This document shows positions 44,459-54,212 of a DNA stretch of 64,000 nucleotides, in pieces (position 1 is the first letter of the stretch; each line of letters starts with the position of its first letter). Below the pieces are notes generated by a model. That model did not search any database. It was not told the origin of the DNA and saw only the letters and a program-made list of their open reading frames with translations. Position numbers and translations under genes: made by a program. This DNA comes from a virus (taxonomy: Duplodnaviria > Caudoviricetes): IMG/VR virus record IMGVR_UViG_3300028886_000002, positions 32,001 through 96,000 of that record; one strand, written 5' to 3'.

Positions 44459-45192
44459 TTCTTCAATGATGGGTAAATTCTTTCCCAATGTGAAACAAAT
44501 GATCCATCTGATTGAAGCTCAGCCACTATAATTTTCTTATTAGCTAAATGCTCGGGTCTGGCTCCTGCTGTAGCGTCACCATTCGTTTCAAAATTTATAC
44601 ATAAATTACTATTTTCGTCTCTATAAACGAAACCAATTGCATCACTTTTAGCTGCTAATATCCTGCCAGTTTTACCTGTTAAATCTAATTCCTTAATATT
44701 ACTATCTTGGGTTTCTCCCATAGTAACAATAGCCTTATCTTTAACATGCCCTACTAATATAATATTAGGAGCACACATAGCAAGTTTTTCAATAATTTTC
44801 TGCATAGCTTCTCTTAAGAAACCATAACCTGCACCGTGAGGAGCATGAAGTACATCATTATCATTAAAGTTTGATCCAAGAGGAGATTCCTTATACATTT
44901 TAAGAGCAAGAGGTTTGGCAAATTCCTCTAATGCGGTAACTGTATCAATCGTTATAAACTTATAAGGATATGATGCTTCCTTAATAGCTTTGCATAATTC
45001 ATTAAGTTCCTTGATTGTGGTAATTTTTACTTTCATAGCTTCTACATAATCAGAACCCTCTTCTAAATCCACAATAAGATTATCTTCCAAAGTGGCTAAC
45101 AAAGAGGTCTTTCCAATCTTAGGAACTCCATATAGTATTAAATTTTTAGGATCTTGAGTTACTTTTGGCAGTTTCTTTAAAGGTAAATCCAT
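44455..45192 (-). CDS. Sak4-like / AAA_24 ATPase (recombination)
   Basis: YGVPKIGKTS, DLEEG, ITIDTV, GAGY, LVGHVK. Confidence 0.85.
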   Translation of the reverse strand: MDLPLKKLPKVTQDPKNLILYGVPKIGKTSLLATLEDNLIVDLEEGSDYVEAMKVKITTIKELNELCKAIKEASYPYKFITIDTVTALEEFAKPLALKMYKESPLGSNFNDNDVLHAPHGAGYGFLREAMQKIIEKLAMCAPNIILVGHVKDKAIVTMGETQDSNIKELDLTGKTGRILAAKSDAIGFVYRDENSNLCINFETNGDATAGARPEHLANKKIIVAELQSDGSFVSHWERIYPSLKK

Positions 45193-45196
45193 TAAT

Positions 45197-46279
45197 TTAT
45201 AGTTTAAAAGTTACTTTAGGAGTATCTGTTGTTTTGATAGTATCTTGTTTTAATGTCCAATTAGGATTTTTATAAGTTTCATAGTCCATAATTTCTTCAG
45301 GTTTAGGAAGCTCCTTAAACCAGCCACATTCTCCGTAAAATCCAATATGGTCTATTATATCAGAAGTACCAAATCTTGACTTTAGAAGGATACAAGCTAG
45401 ATAATTATGTCCTATTTCTTTCATATTATATCCTTTATAACTAGCTAATTTAAATTTAAGAGGGGAATGTAGTGCTAATACTACTTGAGAATCTTCATAC
45501 ATAGCAGCAGAATCCTTAAAATCAGAAGCATCAGGCTCTTGCTGCCCTTGCCTCAATCTTTCAGAATTGTTTGCATTTCTATTAAACTGCATAATATGAA
45601 TTGGACTTATATTATATTTATTTCTTAAAGAAACAGAATATGAAGATAATAAATCCATTTCCTCTTTCTTACTTTTACCTGCACTAGCTCTTACAAGAGA
45701 CATATGATCGATAATAACAGAAATTATTTGATTTTCATTATTAGGTATATAATATTTAGGAGTAAAAGTACCAAATCTTTTTAAGTCTTCTAATACTGTC
45801 TTTTTATATTTTTCAGCATTTAAAGTACCACCATGAAATATAATTCTTTCATCTAATAGCTTTAAGAATGGAGTACAAGACTTAACTAATTCAAAGTGTT
45901 CATCAGATAATCTACAATCATGTCCTCTGGAAAATAACTCTTTATACGTTATTGAAACACCATATTTTTCAAATACATACATAGAAACCAGTTTAGCATA
46001 AATTTGTTCTTGAGTCATCTCCAAGTTGAACATAATAAAATATGGATCTCTGAATGTAGATATACCCTTTATATATTCCTTTAAAGGCTTATATATAAAA
46101 GAGTATAACATAAAGGTACTTTTACCTACGCCACTTTGGGCAGCTATTAAATAAGATGTACCTGGAAGAAGACCATCCATATATAATTCCATTTTAGGAA
46201 GGCCAATAGTTAATCCTATGTTATTTCCATCTCTTCCTTTATCAATCAATTCATAAAAACGTTCTGTTCCTGTCATCAT
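45197..46279 (-). CDS. DnaB-like replicative helicase
   Basis: AQSGVGKS, NLEM, IIDHMSL, MQFNR, DFKDS, LKSRFG. Confidence 0.9.
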   Translation of the reverse strand: MMTGTERFYELIDKGRDGNNIGLTIGLPKMELYMDGLLPGTSYLIAAQSGVGKSTFMLYSFIYKPLKEYIKGISTFRDPYFIMFNLEMTQEQIYAKLVSMYVFEKYGVSITYKELFSRGHDCRLSDEHFELVKSCTPFLKLLDERIIFHGGTLNAEKYKKTVLEDLKRFGTFTPKYYIPNNENQIISVIIDHMSLVRASAGKSKKEEMDLLSSYSVSLRNKYNISPIHIMQFNRNANNSERLRQGQQEPDASDFKDSAAMYEDSQVVLALHSPLKFKLASYKGYNMKEIGHNYLACILLKSRFGTSDIIDHIGFYGECGWFKELPKPEEIMDYETYKNPNWTLKQDTIKTTDTPKVTFKL

Positions 46280-46884
46280 ACGGATGTTAAGGTATCAAAT
46301 GTTATAGTACCATTACCATCTTTCATTTCTGCAACACTCTCCCACATCTTACTCACTACAAAATCAGCTATATTCATATTAATAAGCCTACAATTATTTT
46401 CTTTAGCCCATTCTATTAACTCTAGTATCTCACGATGTTTATCTATATTCCATCCTATACTTTTACCATAAGCGAAAAAGAATTCATCTTCTGAATTAAA
46501 TTTCTTTGCAAAGTTTTTAAGTGGGGCTTCTACACCATTAATAACACAGATACTAGGATAAGTTTTCCAAAATTCATAACCAAGTTCATTACTGCATTTC
46601 ATGTGACCAGTTAAAAAATTCTTAGAAAAAGGGACAGTTTCAGGGTCAAATTTATCTCCTTTATCTGGGATTTTATAGGATTTTAGTATTATATTTTTAT
46701 TTTGTAGCGAAACAAGTATATCTCTTAAATCACATTTAGATGCTTCTAAATACTTACATAAATATTCTGAATGCCTTAATTCACTATTAGCTAATAAAAG
46801 TAATTCTATTATAAATAATTCTTCTGCATTTAGGCTATAACGAGCCATAAGCAGTAGTTTATTATCAAGTGATTTTATTTCCAA
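46276..46884 (-). CDS. Replication-associated hypothetical protein (TTG start)
   Basis: 202-aa ORF coupled to the helicase; EFWKTYP motif of the type seen in phage replication initiator C-terminal domains. Confidence 0.6.
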   Translation of the reverse strand: MEIKSLDNKLLLMARYSLNAEELFIIELLLLANSELRHSEYLCKYLEASKCDLRDILVSLQNKNIILKSYKIPDKGDKFDPETVPFSKNFLTGHMKCSNELGYEFWKTYPSICVINGVEAPLKNFAKKFNSEDEFFFAYGKSIGWNIDKHREILELIEWAKENNCRLINMNIADFVVSKMWESVAEMKDGNGTITFDTLTSV

Positions 46885-47100
46885 TTAAATAGACTGATTG
46901 TATAGTTTCGAGCTATATCTATTTAATTGCATACAGTTTATATTCCTTTCGGAAGGTGTCTATTGCATCTTATAGCGACGAAGTAATGTGCGCTCTAAAT
47001 CAATTAATTCGTCTTCAAACTTTTCCATATCATATACAGTGCTGTCTTCATAACGTTTAAACAGCAAATGCATAGCAATATATTTTATATACTTAAACAT
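46885..47100 (-). CDS. Leader ORF: 46 aa if TAG stops, 71 aa if read through to the TAA adjoining the next TTG start
   Basis: ATG 47100; TAG 46962-46960; TAA 46887-46885 directly followed by TTG 46884. Confidence 0.55.
46888..46964 (-). promoter_or_regulatory. Structured RNA leader upstream of the replication genes
   Basis: Closing helix aauagac/gucuauu; inner hairpins ccuuc-cg-aaagg region and uauagc-ucg-aaacuaua. Confidence 0.5.
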
Positions 47101-47104
47101 ATAA

Positions 47105-48355
47105 TTAAAATCTAAAAATCATTTGTTTAGTTTTAGTATTTATTTTAGGAGTTATCTTCTTACCTTCTAATAATAGATGTAAGTTCTCCTCGTCTATAGT
47201 AATGTATTTACTATTCCCTACACTATTTCGGAACCATTGCTCTTCTACAGTATTCTTAATAACTAAATTAAATATTTCTACAACCTTTCCTTCTTGTTGT
47301 CTAATTGCTCGGCCTATGCGTTGTTTTTTGGTTGTTTTACTACTATTAGTACCTAAGATTATAGCTACTGATATAGAGGGGTCATTAAATCCTTCATTTA
47401 ACCTCATAATAGAATGTACAACTCCACTATCTTGGTTAATAAATTCCTCTAAAGTAATTCTCCCTTTCTTCTTAGAATCTTTACCAGAGTAAACCTTACC
47501 ATATTTTAGTTTTTCAGCCATTGCAATTGTTGCACTAAAAGTGATGCACTTTTTGTCTTGTCTATGCTCTAATATTAAATTAGTTAACTCTACTTTCTTA
47601 GGATGATTATTTATATATTTTTTCCTTTTCTGTAGGGTCCTAGTAAATCCCATAGCATGTATAAGAATTTGCTTATTTACTTCTTTAAAATTAGTACCAT
47701 CAGACTTTTGTTTGGCTAAAGCAGCTCGTGCCTTCCAATCAGTAGCCATCTTCATAGCTACTCCAAAATTGAAGTCAAAAAAAGAGAAATGCTCAATAAA
47801 TTCTCGGTTAACCTTTTCATATTCTTCTATATCATCAGGTTCTATTAGAACCAAATACTCTCTATAATCATTTAACCAATCATTTTTGATAGATTCCTCT
47901 ATTGTAACTTCATCAACAATAGGTGCATGTTGTGATAATAATCTATCTCTACCATCCAGTCTTTCAAATGTAGCAGTAAGACCTAATATTATCTTATATT
48001 CTACATTCTCAAATACTGAATATAAAGTAGGAGCAGCAACCTTATGTACTTCATCTATTACCAATAATGCACATTTATATTGATTACGTGATACATCATA
48101 CATTGTATGTACTTCTGCATTTATATTATTATCTTGCAATTCTTTATCCCATTGTATTTTTATTGCATCACTAGGTACAACAATTATAACTTTTTTATTT
48201 GCATTTTTATTTTGAAACCTTCGAACAGCCTGTAGTCCTATTTGAGTCTTTCCAAATCCTGTAGCTGCAACAATACTTCCGATACATTTACTTTTTATCC
48301 AATTATCAACACATTCTTTTTGTCTTTTACTACGAGAAGAATTAGGATCAAACAT
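47105..48355 (-). CDS. Superfamily 2 (DExH) helicase
   Basis: ATGFGKT, DEVH, LGLTAT, LNEGFN, QRIGRAIR. Confidence 0.92.
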   Translation of the reverse strand: MFDPNSSRSKRQKECVDNWIKSKCIGSIVAATGFGKTQIGLQAVRRFQNKNANKKVIIVVPSDAIKIQWDKELQDNNINAEVHTMYDVSRNQYKCALLVIDEVHKVAAPTLYSVFENVEYKIILGLTATFERLDGRDRLLSQHAPIVDEVTIEESIKNDWLNDYREYLVLIEPDDIEEYEKVNREFIEHFSFFDFNFGVAMKMATDWKARAALAKQKSDGTNFKEVNKQILIHAMGFTRTLQKRKKYINNHPKKVELTNLILEHRQDKKCITFSATIAMAEKLKYGKVYSGKDSKKKGRITLEEFINQDSGVVHSIMRLNEGFNDPSISVAIILGTNSSKTTKKQRIGRAIRQQEGKVVEIFNLVIKNTVEEQWFRNSVGNSKYITIDEENLHLLLEGKKITPKINTKTKQMIFRF

Positions 48356-49166
48356 TTACTCCTTTAGATTTGAGAACAAGACGTATTTGTCTCTCCCTTT
48401 CTTCCCATTGACTAATATGATATTGAACATCAGACTCAAGAGAGAATAATATCCTGTTTCGTAATACTTCCAACTGCATAGTAGATAATTCAGAATATTT
48501 CTTGCTATGTAACATAATCATAGCTCTCATTTGATCTAAAGTAAGACCTTTATAATTTATCATTACATTAATATTAGGCTTTAAATCCAAATAACCTCTG
48601 ATATAATCCACTTTACTAGTGTTTTTATCTATTCTCTGTAAGTCACTCTCAGTTAGATAAATTCCTTGTTTAAGTAAGAATGTTAATGTAATATGTTGCT
48701 TAGAAAACTTTCCTAAAGTATCCAAACAAGCAGCTAATACTGTATTTATAGTTAGGGTACTAAATTCTTTTGGACAATCTCCAACAGCCATCGCTATAGA
48801 ATTAGTTTTAGGATCAACAGATGGATTATTATTTAGAAATTCTCTTAAAGCAGACATAAATACAAATCTAGGAGTATCTTTATCTTTTTCAAGCCATCTA
48901 ACAAATAATTCTGCATTACATTTATTACGCTGCTCCTTAATAATATCAAGTAAGACATATCTTCCAGGATTTTCTTTATCCTTATTATAAAGCATTGTCT
49001 CACAATGTTTATAAAAAGTTAAAAGTTCTTCAGGAGTACAATCCTTTAATTTCTTTTCTTCTTGAAATACTTCACCATCCTTGATAACTTTCTTACCTTT
49101 CCAAACAAAAGAATTTATATCATTTTCCTTTTTACTAAGGGCTTCTTCGTATCTTTCTTTAATCAT
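48348..49166 (-). CDS. Conserved crAss-like hypothetical protein
   Basis: 272-aa coupled ORF. Confidence 0.7.
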   Translation of the reverse strand: MIKERYEEALSKKENDINSFVWKGKKVIKDGEVFQEEKKLKDCTPEELLTFYKHCETMLYNKDKENPGRYVLLDIIKEQRNKCNAELFVRWLEKDKDTPRFVFMSALREFLNNNPSVDPKTNSIAMAVGDCPKEFSTLTINTVLAACLDTLGKFSKQHITLTFLLKQGIYLTESDLQRIDKNTSKVDYIRGYLDLKPNINVMINYKGLTLDQMRAMIMLHSKKYSELSTMQLEVLRNRILFSLESDVQYHISQWEERERQIRLVLKSKGVNV

Positions 49167-49248
49167 GTTTTAATCATAACATATCATATTTTTACCATAA
49201 TATCTAGTTTTTTAAGTATTATCTATTTTACATTCCACAGTTGATGAA

Positions 49249-49587
49249 TTAAAGTACTATTTCTTTTGTAGGAGTTTGTTCTTTAATAAATTCTAAAAAG
49301 TGAATATTAGTATATTTATAAGGAATATTAGTATCTGAAACACTATCATACCAACTATCTATACCCCCTTCTACTTCTCTAAATTTAAGAAAGCCAATAT
49401 CTCCTATATTTAATTCATCACATTGCCAGTTAGGAAATCTAGTACACATTACATATTTATCATATAACTTATCAAAATCTAAGTTTTCGAAAACATATAC
49501 TATGTATCCTCCTGGCTCATCGTGTTGTGCCAACAGTTTTGCTTTTTGTATCCGTATATTCTTTACACCCATACTTAGCGAAATCAC
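49249..49587 (-). CDS. Hypothetical protein
   Basis: 112-aa ORF (MCTRFPNW). Confidence 0.65.
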   Translation of the reverse strand: MISLSMGVKNIRIQKAKLLAQHDEPGGYIVYVFENLDFDKLYDKYVMCTRFPNWQCDELNIGDIGFLKFREVEGGIDSWYDSVSDTNIPYKYTNIHFLEFIKEQTPTKEIVL

Positions 49588-49699
49588 ATGACAATGTATC
49601 TATGCCATAGAAGCAAGGGTATCTTTTACATTCTTTACATGTTCTATAAGGGAATTTGTATATAATACCCGAAGGGTCTCTTGGCTTATCTTTTCTCAT
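49517..49699 (-). CDS. Small Cys-rich protein
   Basis: CKECKRYPC...C...GC pattern; start overlaps the upstream stop. Confidence 0.55.
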   Translation of the reverse strand: MRKDKPRDPSGIIYKFPYRTCKECKRYPCFYGIDTLSCDFAKYGCKEYTDTKSKTVGTTR

Positions 49700-50109
49700 T
49701 TAAAGATTAATAATATAGCCAAAGTAGCACTAAGAGTAATTCCCCCTATACTTACCCATTTTAAAGTTTTTTGCTTTGACCTAATACCTTTTAATTCTTT
49801 ATCTTGTATTAAAAGTTTCTCATGGGCCATATCAGCATAATTCTTATACTCAGTTACTTTTAATTCATTTAAAGCTTCCGCTTTTTGATAATTATCAACT
49901 AAATTTTGATAATTTGTAATTTGAGTATTTAATTCAATATTCTCAGCTTTTAACTTTTTATGTTCAGCAAATATTAAATTAGTTTCCTTTAGTTGCTGAC
50001 TGGTTATAACTACTAGAGAATCGTTTAAAATTTTCGGATAAGTAGTCTGTGAAAAACTTACTATCACTGTCGGCAGACTGATTAATAATAGTATTAAAAT
50101 CCTTTTCAT
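49696..50109 (-). CDS. Exported coiled-coil membrane protein (possible spanin-like component)
   Basis: Signal peptide, coiled coil, C-terminal transmembrane segment; overlaps the upstream gene by 131 nt. Confidence 0.55.
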   Translation of the reverse strand: MKRILILLLISLPTVIVSFSQTTYPKILNDSLVVITSQQLKETNLIFAEHKKLKAENIELNTQITNYQNLVDNYQKAEALNELKVTEYKNYADMAHEKLLIQDKELKGIRSKQKTLKWVSIGGITLSATLAILLIFK

Positions 50110-50344
50110 ACTGTAACTCTATTAAACCTATGTTCTGCTTACTACTATCAATATTACTAAGTATTGTATCTCTTTGAATTTTAAGTGAATCAATTTTAAT
50201 ATTAAGAGAATCTACTCTATGAACCATATCATTGTATGGATCATTTTCTATTTTATGAGTAGAACACTTTCTCCATAAAAAGAATCCAGTTATAATTAAA
50301 ATTATACAGATACTAAGTAATATTAGTTTATTTTCCTTTGTCAT
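49979..50344 (-). CDS. N-terminally anchored coiled-coil membrane protein (possible i-spanin-like)
   Basis: Start MTKENK overlaps the ferritin stop; one TM helix, then a coiled region with DSL/DTI motifs. Confidence 0.55.
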   Translation of the reverse strand: MTKENKLILLSICIILIITGFFLWRKCSTHKIENDPYNDMVHRVDSLNIKIDSLKIQRDTILSNIDSSKQNIGLIELQYEKDFNTIINQSADSDSKFFTDYLSENFKRFSSSYNQSATKGN

Positions 50345-50889
50345 TTTAAATGCACTATAGCATCTTGAATAGCTAACCAATCTGTACTCAATTCTGCTAT
50401 CTGATTAACTGTTCTAGCTAATCCCATCTCTTCGAGTTGTTCTCTAATCATTGTGTATATAAAATCTATAGCTAACAAGTCATTTTCTTTTTCAGCTTGG
50501 GCATGTAATTTATAAAAAGCTTCGGTAGTTTCATTTTCTGCTTTCTGAAATATTTCAAGAGGTTTCTTAAAATTACCGTCTTCCATTACTTCCTTTACTG
50601 GAATCATACTATAGCTATGAAGTCTATATCCTCTAGCTTTAAGAAAATTCTCAATAAGTTCAGCATGGTCTAACTCTTCTTTTGCATGATTTTTAAAGAA
50701 TTCAGCTAATCCTTCCAAACCGAAATAAGAATAAAAGTTAGACATATAATTATAAAGATTAGAGTTATATAACTCACTATTAATCTGGTTTTCTAATGCA
50801 GTTAATATATCTGCTTTAATATCTGTAGTTTTAGGAGTAACATCTACTTTTTCTTCAACTAATTCTTCGTCATTGCTGTAAATTCTCAT
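50341..50889 (-). CDS. Ferritin
   Basis: QINSELY...Y...GLEGLAEFF...EELDHA...E...EQLEE ferroxidase pattern. Confidence 0.9.
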   Translation of the reverse strand: MRIYSNDEELVEEKVDVTPKTTDIKADILTALENQINSELYNSNLYNYMSNFYSYFGLEGLAEFFKNHAKEELDHAELIENFLKARGYRLHSYSMIPVKEVMEDGNFKKPLEIFQKAENETTEAFYKLHAQAEKENDLLAIDFIYTMIREQLEEMGLARTVNQIAELSTDWLAIQDAIVHLK

Positions 50890-50898
50890 TTTTTATTT

Positions 50899-50913
50899 CA
50901 AAATTACTAAATT
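50899..50913 (-). promoter_or_regulatory. Bacteroidota-type -7 promoter element upstream of ferritin
   Basis: AATTTAGTAATTTTG contains TAnnTTTG; 14/15 match to 43226-43240. Confidence 0.55.
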
Positions 50914-50950
50914 TTTTTCAATTTAAGGGGATTTAAAAGTTTAATAAAAG

Positions 50951-51388
50951 TTAAAGTCTGAAGTTAGTAATTCCTTTAGATACAGATTTTACTACTGCTC
51001 CACGAGCTAGTCTATCTGCCATTTCATTATATTCAACATTACAATGCCCTTTAACTAAAACAAACTTTACTGAAGAATGCCTATCAATAGCTTCGTCTAA
51101 TCTTTCCCATAAATCAGAATTAGACTTCTCTTTACTCTTCCATCCCTCATTGTAAGTATTTACTACATATGCAGAATCACTATATACAGTTACATTACTA
51201 CTTACTTTAATTGTATTTAAAGCCTGTAATACTGCCATCTGTTCCATTCTATTATTAGTAGTATTCTTAAATGGCTTAGCAAATTGAGCAACTATTTGAT
51301 CCTTATCATTTAATATAACAAAGCCTATTCCTCCAGTGTTTTTCTGAAAGGAATAGGCTCCATCTGTATATATAGTATAAGAACTCAT
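50951..51388 (-). CDS. rnhA: Ribonuclease HI
   Basis: IYTDGA, TTNNRME, YSDSAYV, NSDLW, VKGH, NEMADRLA. Confidence 0.95.
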   Translation of the reverse strand: MSSYTIYTDGAYSFQKNTGGIGFVILNDKDQIVAQFAKPFKNTTNNRMEQMAVLQALNTIKVSSNVTVYSDSAYVVNTYNEGWKSKEKSNSDLWERLDEAIDRHSSVKFVLVKGHCNVEYNEMADRLARGAVVKSVSKGITNFRL

Positions 51389-51389
51389 A

Positions 51390-51830
51390 TTATTTATCTA
51401 AATTTATAATATGGCTAGTTTCTTTAATAGTTAAAGAGGAAAACTTATCTAAGGAATTAACTAACGCATTTACTTTAATTTTATAGTAATCCAAAATATC
51501 TGCTAATATAGATGCAATATAACAAAAAGCTCTACCATCACATATTGATTCTGTAATACGTTCTGCTTTTATCTTATCATAAGTATCACCTTCCTTAAGT
51601 GTTACCTTAGAAGAAAATTGTTTTCTTACATATAAAGTATTAGCATTATTTATAAATGCTACATTAGAATACTTCTGTTCTAACGACTTTTTTATACTTT
51701 TCGCATCAACATTATCGATAGTAAACACTACCCATTTTTTGCACACTGTAATTTTGTCATTACCAAAAAATTGTTTATCAAGTTGGTGCATTTTAACTTT
51801 TGGTAATTCTTCTGGATTTTCTTTTAACAT
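51390..51830 (-). CDS. Hypothetical protein
   Basis: 146-aa ORF. Confidence 0.65.
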   Translation of the reverse strand: MLKENPEELPKVKMHQLDKQFFGNDKITVCKKWVVFTIDNVDAKSIKKSLEQKYSNVAFINNANTLYVRKQFSSKVTLKEGDTYDKIKAERITESICDGRAFCYIASILADILDYYKIKVNALVNSLDKFSSLTIKETSHIINLDK

Positions 51831-51849
51831 AATCTTAATTTTTTTAAAT

Positions 51850-51880
51850 AAAAAATCTCCGTTAAAATTAACGGAGATTG
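51850..51880 (-). terminator. Rho-independent terminator closing the recoded island
   Basis: aatctccgttaa-aa-ttaacggagatt stem with U-tract on the - strand, just after the 51884 stop. Confidence 0.75.
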
Positions 51881-51883
51881 TAA

Positions 51884-53215
51884 TTATACAAATAACATTC
51901 TAAATATTTGACCACCATTTTTAAATAGTATATCTTCGTTACTATATACTTTGTCCCTTATTCCTTTTAAACTAGCTCTACCATTTTCTGCTCTATTCCA
52001 AAAATCATTATTTAGTTTAAAACGTCTTCTAGTCATGTCTCTAAATATCCTATATCTTTGTTCGGGTGTTAATAAATCCCTACCATCACTGTCTCTACTA
52101 TTATTAATAATATCATTATAAATCTCAATTAACTTTCTACCATTACCAAGACCAGCATCACGATTTAATCTATCCATTACATGCTAAGCATCAACTACAT
52201 AATCATTCCTAAAATAATCATTTTGAGCAAATTCATTTGCAAGTGTTCCCCAAACGTTATCGCCTGCATACTTTTTAAAGAAATTTGCTCCATTATATTT
52301 TTTATCTATACTATTTCTAGCTTCATTTAAATAGTCTCTATCTGCCTATCCATCACGACCAGTCCAACCTTTGGTAGCGGCATATGCTTCATATTTATCC
52401 ATATTATCAAGAGAAGCATAACCTCTACGTAATTGCTCATAAAAGGGTTTACCTTCATCAGAAGCAGCATATTTTCCTAATAAAGCAGCGGCACGCTTAA
52501 CAGCATCGGCATTTCCTATGAATCGGTTGTTAACAAATAAGGGATTTTCTCCAGAGTTACTATTAATGTAGTTTATAGCACCTTGTGCACCCTATAATTG
52601 AGCAAGAATATTTAACTCTTCTTCTGTATCAATGTCACCATAAATATTACCTAAACTTCGTATATTGTTGAAATTTTTTGCTCCCCAAGGATTGGTATCG
52701 CTCATCCACTCACTATAAGTATAAGCACCATAATTAGGAGTGATTACAGGAGCAGTTTTATCATTCAAATGAAGATAGCCACCTGTTGGAGCTGGTGTAC
52801 TAGGTGTACTAGGAGTGGTAGGAGTAGAAGCAGCTCCTAGACCAGGATTACGTCTGTAAAATGTATTAAGCAGAGATAATTGTATTCTTCTCTTCTGACC
52901 ATCATCACCCGTATATTCATATACACCCCATTGACCTTTCTTACCAGGTATTACGTTATTTGGATCTATACGAACATGTACCTTATAGTTATCATCATAT
53001 GCGTACATATCATCATACAAATCATCGTTTTTATATCTATTTATCATTTCATTCCATCGCTACCCTTTTGCGCCTTTAAAGGCAGTACGAAGCCAAGGAT
53101 TATAATATGATTTATTATCTCCATATGCTATAGGAGTCTACAGAGTAATAGGTATAAAATCGCTTGTTGATAATCCCGTGAAAATGTTATTATTATCATT
53201 ATTAACTGTTGCCAT
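51884..53215 (-). CDS. TAG-recoded hypothetical protein, 443 aa, probably virion-associated
   Basis: ATG 53215, five in-frame TAGs, TAA 51886-51884; joins two track fragments. P/S/T linker and C-terminal KNGG. Confidence 0.8.
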
Positions 53216-53230
53216 AATTAATTAATTGTT

Positions 53231-54004
53231 TTATTTCGTTTGTGTATTATAACTTCTATTTATTCTATTTAATGAGTTTAAGTAAGTGGAAACTAAACTA
53301 GATATTGCAGTATCATTTAATTTAGTTTCATTAACTATAGTATTTGCTATTTGATTTGGATCTAATTCTGTAGTTTTATCTTTACTGTCTTCTTTTTGTG
53401 TTCCTAGTATATCATCAAGAAAATCAAAACTTCTAGTAGTAGAGTCAGTACTTATGGCAGAACTTGTGTCTGTAGTAGTATTAGTATCTGAAGTAGAATT
53501 AGTGACATCAGTTGAATTAGTTATTGATTTAGTTGTTGGAGAAGATGAGGCAGAATCAGTATTATCTACCCACTTACCTTTTTTAAGGATATTGTAATTA
53601 CCTTTAGAATCATATCCTGTAGAACCTTCTGATAATATATACCAATTTTTATTATGATCACCAGTTATATACCTACCTAACCATTTATTATATGCTGATT
53701 TATATTCTACTTCTCCTTTAGCATAGTTTTTAGGAGATTTAATAGTATCAACTTTATATACTTTATCACTTCCAAAAAGACCTCCGTCAGAATAATGTAT
53801 TAAATCTCCTTTTTTATACTGAACTCCTTCTATAGATATATCTTCAGGAATCTATCCAATATAACCATCCGTATCATTAAATTTAATTAATTCAATAACC
53901 TCTTCAGGTCCTGTACCAGGTTTATGGTCTGCACTATATAAAAGTAATCGTTTTTTGTCTGTACCTACATCACCTCTGAAAGAATAGGTCTATGGTTTAC
54001 TCAT
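53231..54004 (-). CDS. TAG-recoded hypothetical protein, 257 aa, with S/T-rich linker (absent from the ORF track)
   Basis: ATG AGT AAA CCA TAG...; two TAGs (codons 5 and 51); TAA 53233-53231. Confidence 0.78.
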
Positions 54005-54032
54005 AATTATTATTTATCATTTATATTTTATT

Positions 54033-54064
54033 TTAGTATCTCGGCTGAGAATCAAACTCAGATT
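54033..54064 (-). pseudogene. Isolated 3' half of a tRNA (T-arm plus acceptor 3' strand)
   Basis: CTGAG-TTTGATT-CTCAG followed by CCGAGAT A CTA; no adjacent 5' half. Confidence 0.4.
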
Positions 54065-54068
54065 ATTG

Positions 54069-54148
54069 TACAGGGAGGGGGATTTGAACCCCCATACTGG
54101 CGTCAATTTAGTAAACTGATGCAAGCATCCCTTATGCGTTACCCCTGC
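54069..54148 (-). ncRNA. Atypical tRNA-like RNA with extended anticodon stem (loop UUACUAA, nominal anticodon ACU)
   Basis: Acceptor GCAGGGG/TCCCTGT; D-like GCAT/ATGC; T-arm GGGGG-TTCAAAT-CCCCC; 8-position anticodon stem with one A-C mismatch. Confidence 0.7.
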
Positions 54149-54212
54149 TCGAAGGCCTCCACGGGTGCGCTGTTCTTATGAGAAGCGTAGGAGGTCATAT
54201 TTTAAAACTTAT

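Noticed and set aside
52785-52830. Short tandem-like repeats (PSTPSTP) and the Ala-rich run near 2660-2700
   Set aside because: Low-complexity protein linkers, not DNA repeats or CRISPR. No CRISPR array was seen in the window.
54069-54148. Calling this element the amber suppressor tRNA (CUA)
   Set aside because: The stem centres the loop on ACT; placing CTA at 34-36 destroys pairing and U33. No intact tRNA-CUA was found in this window.
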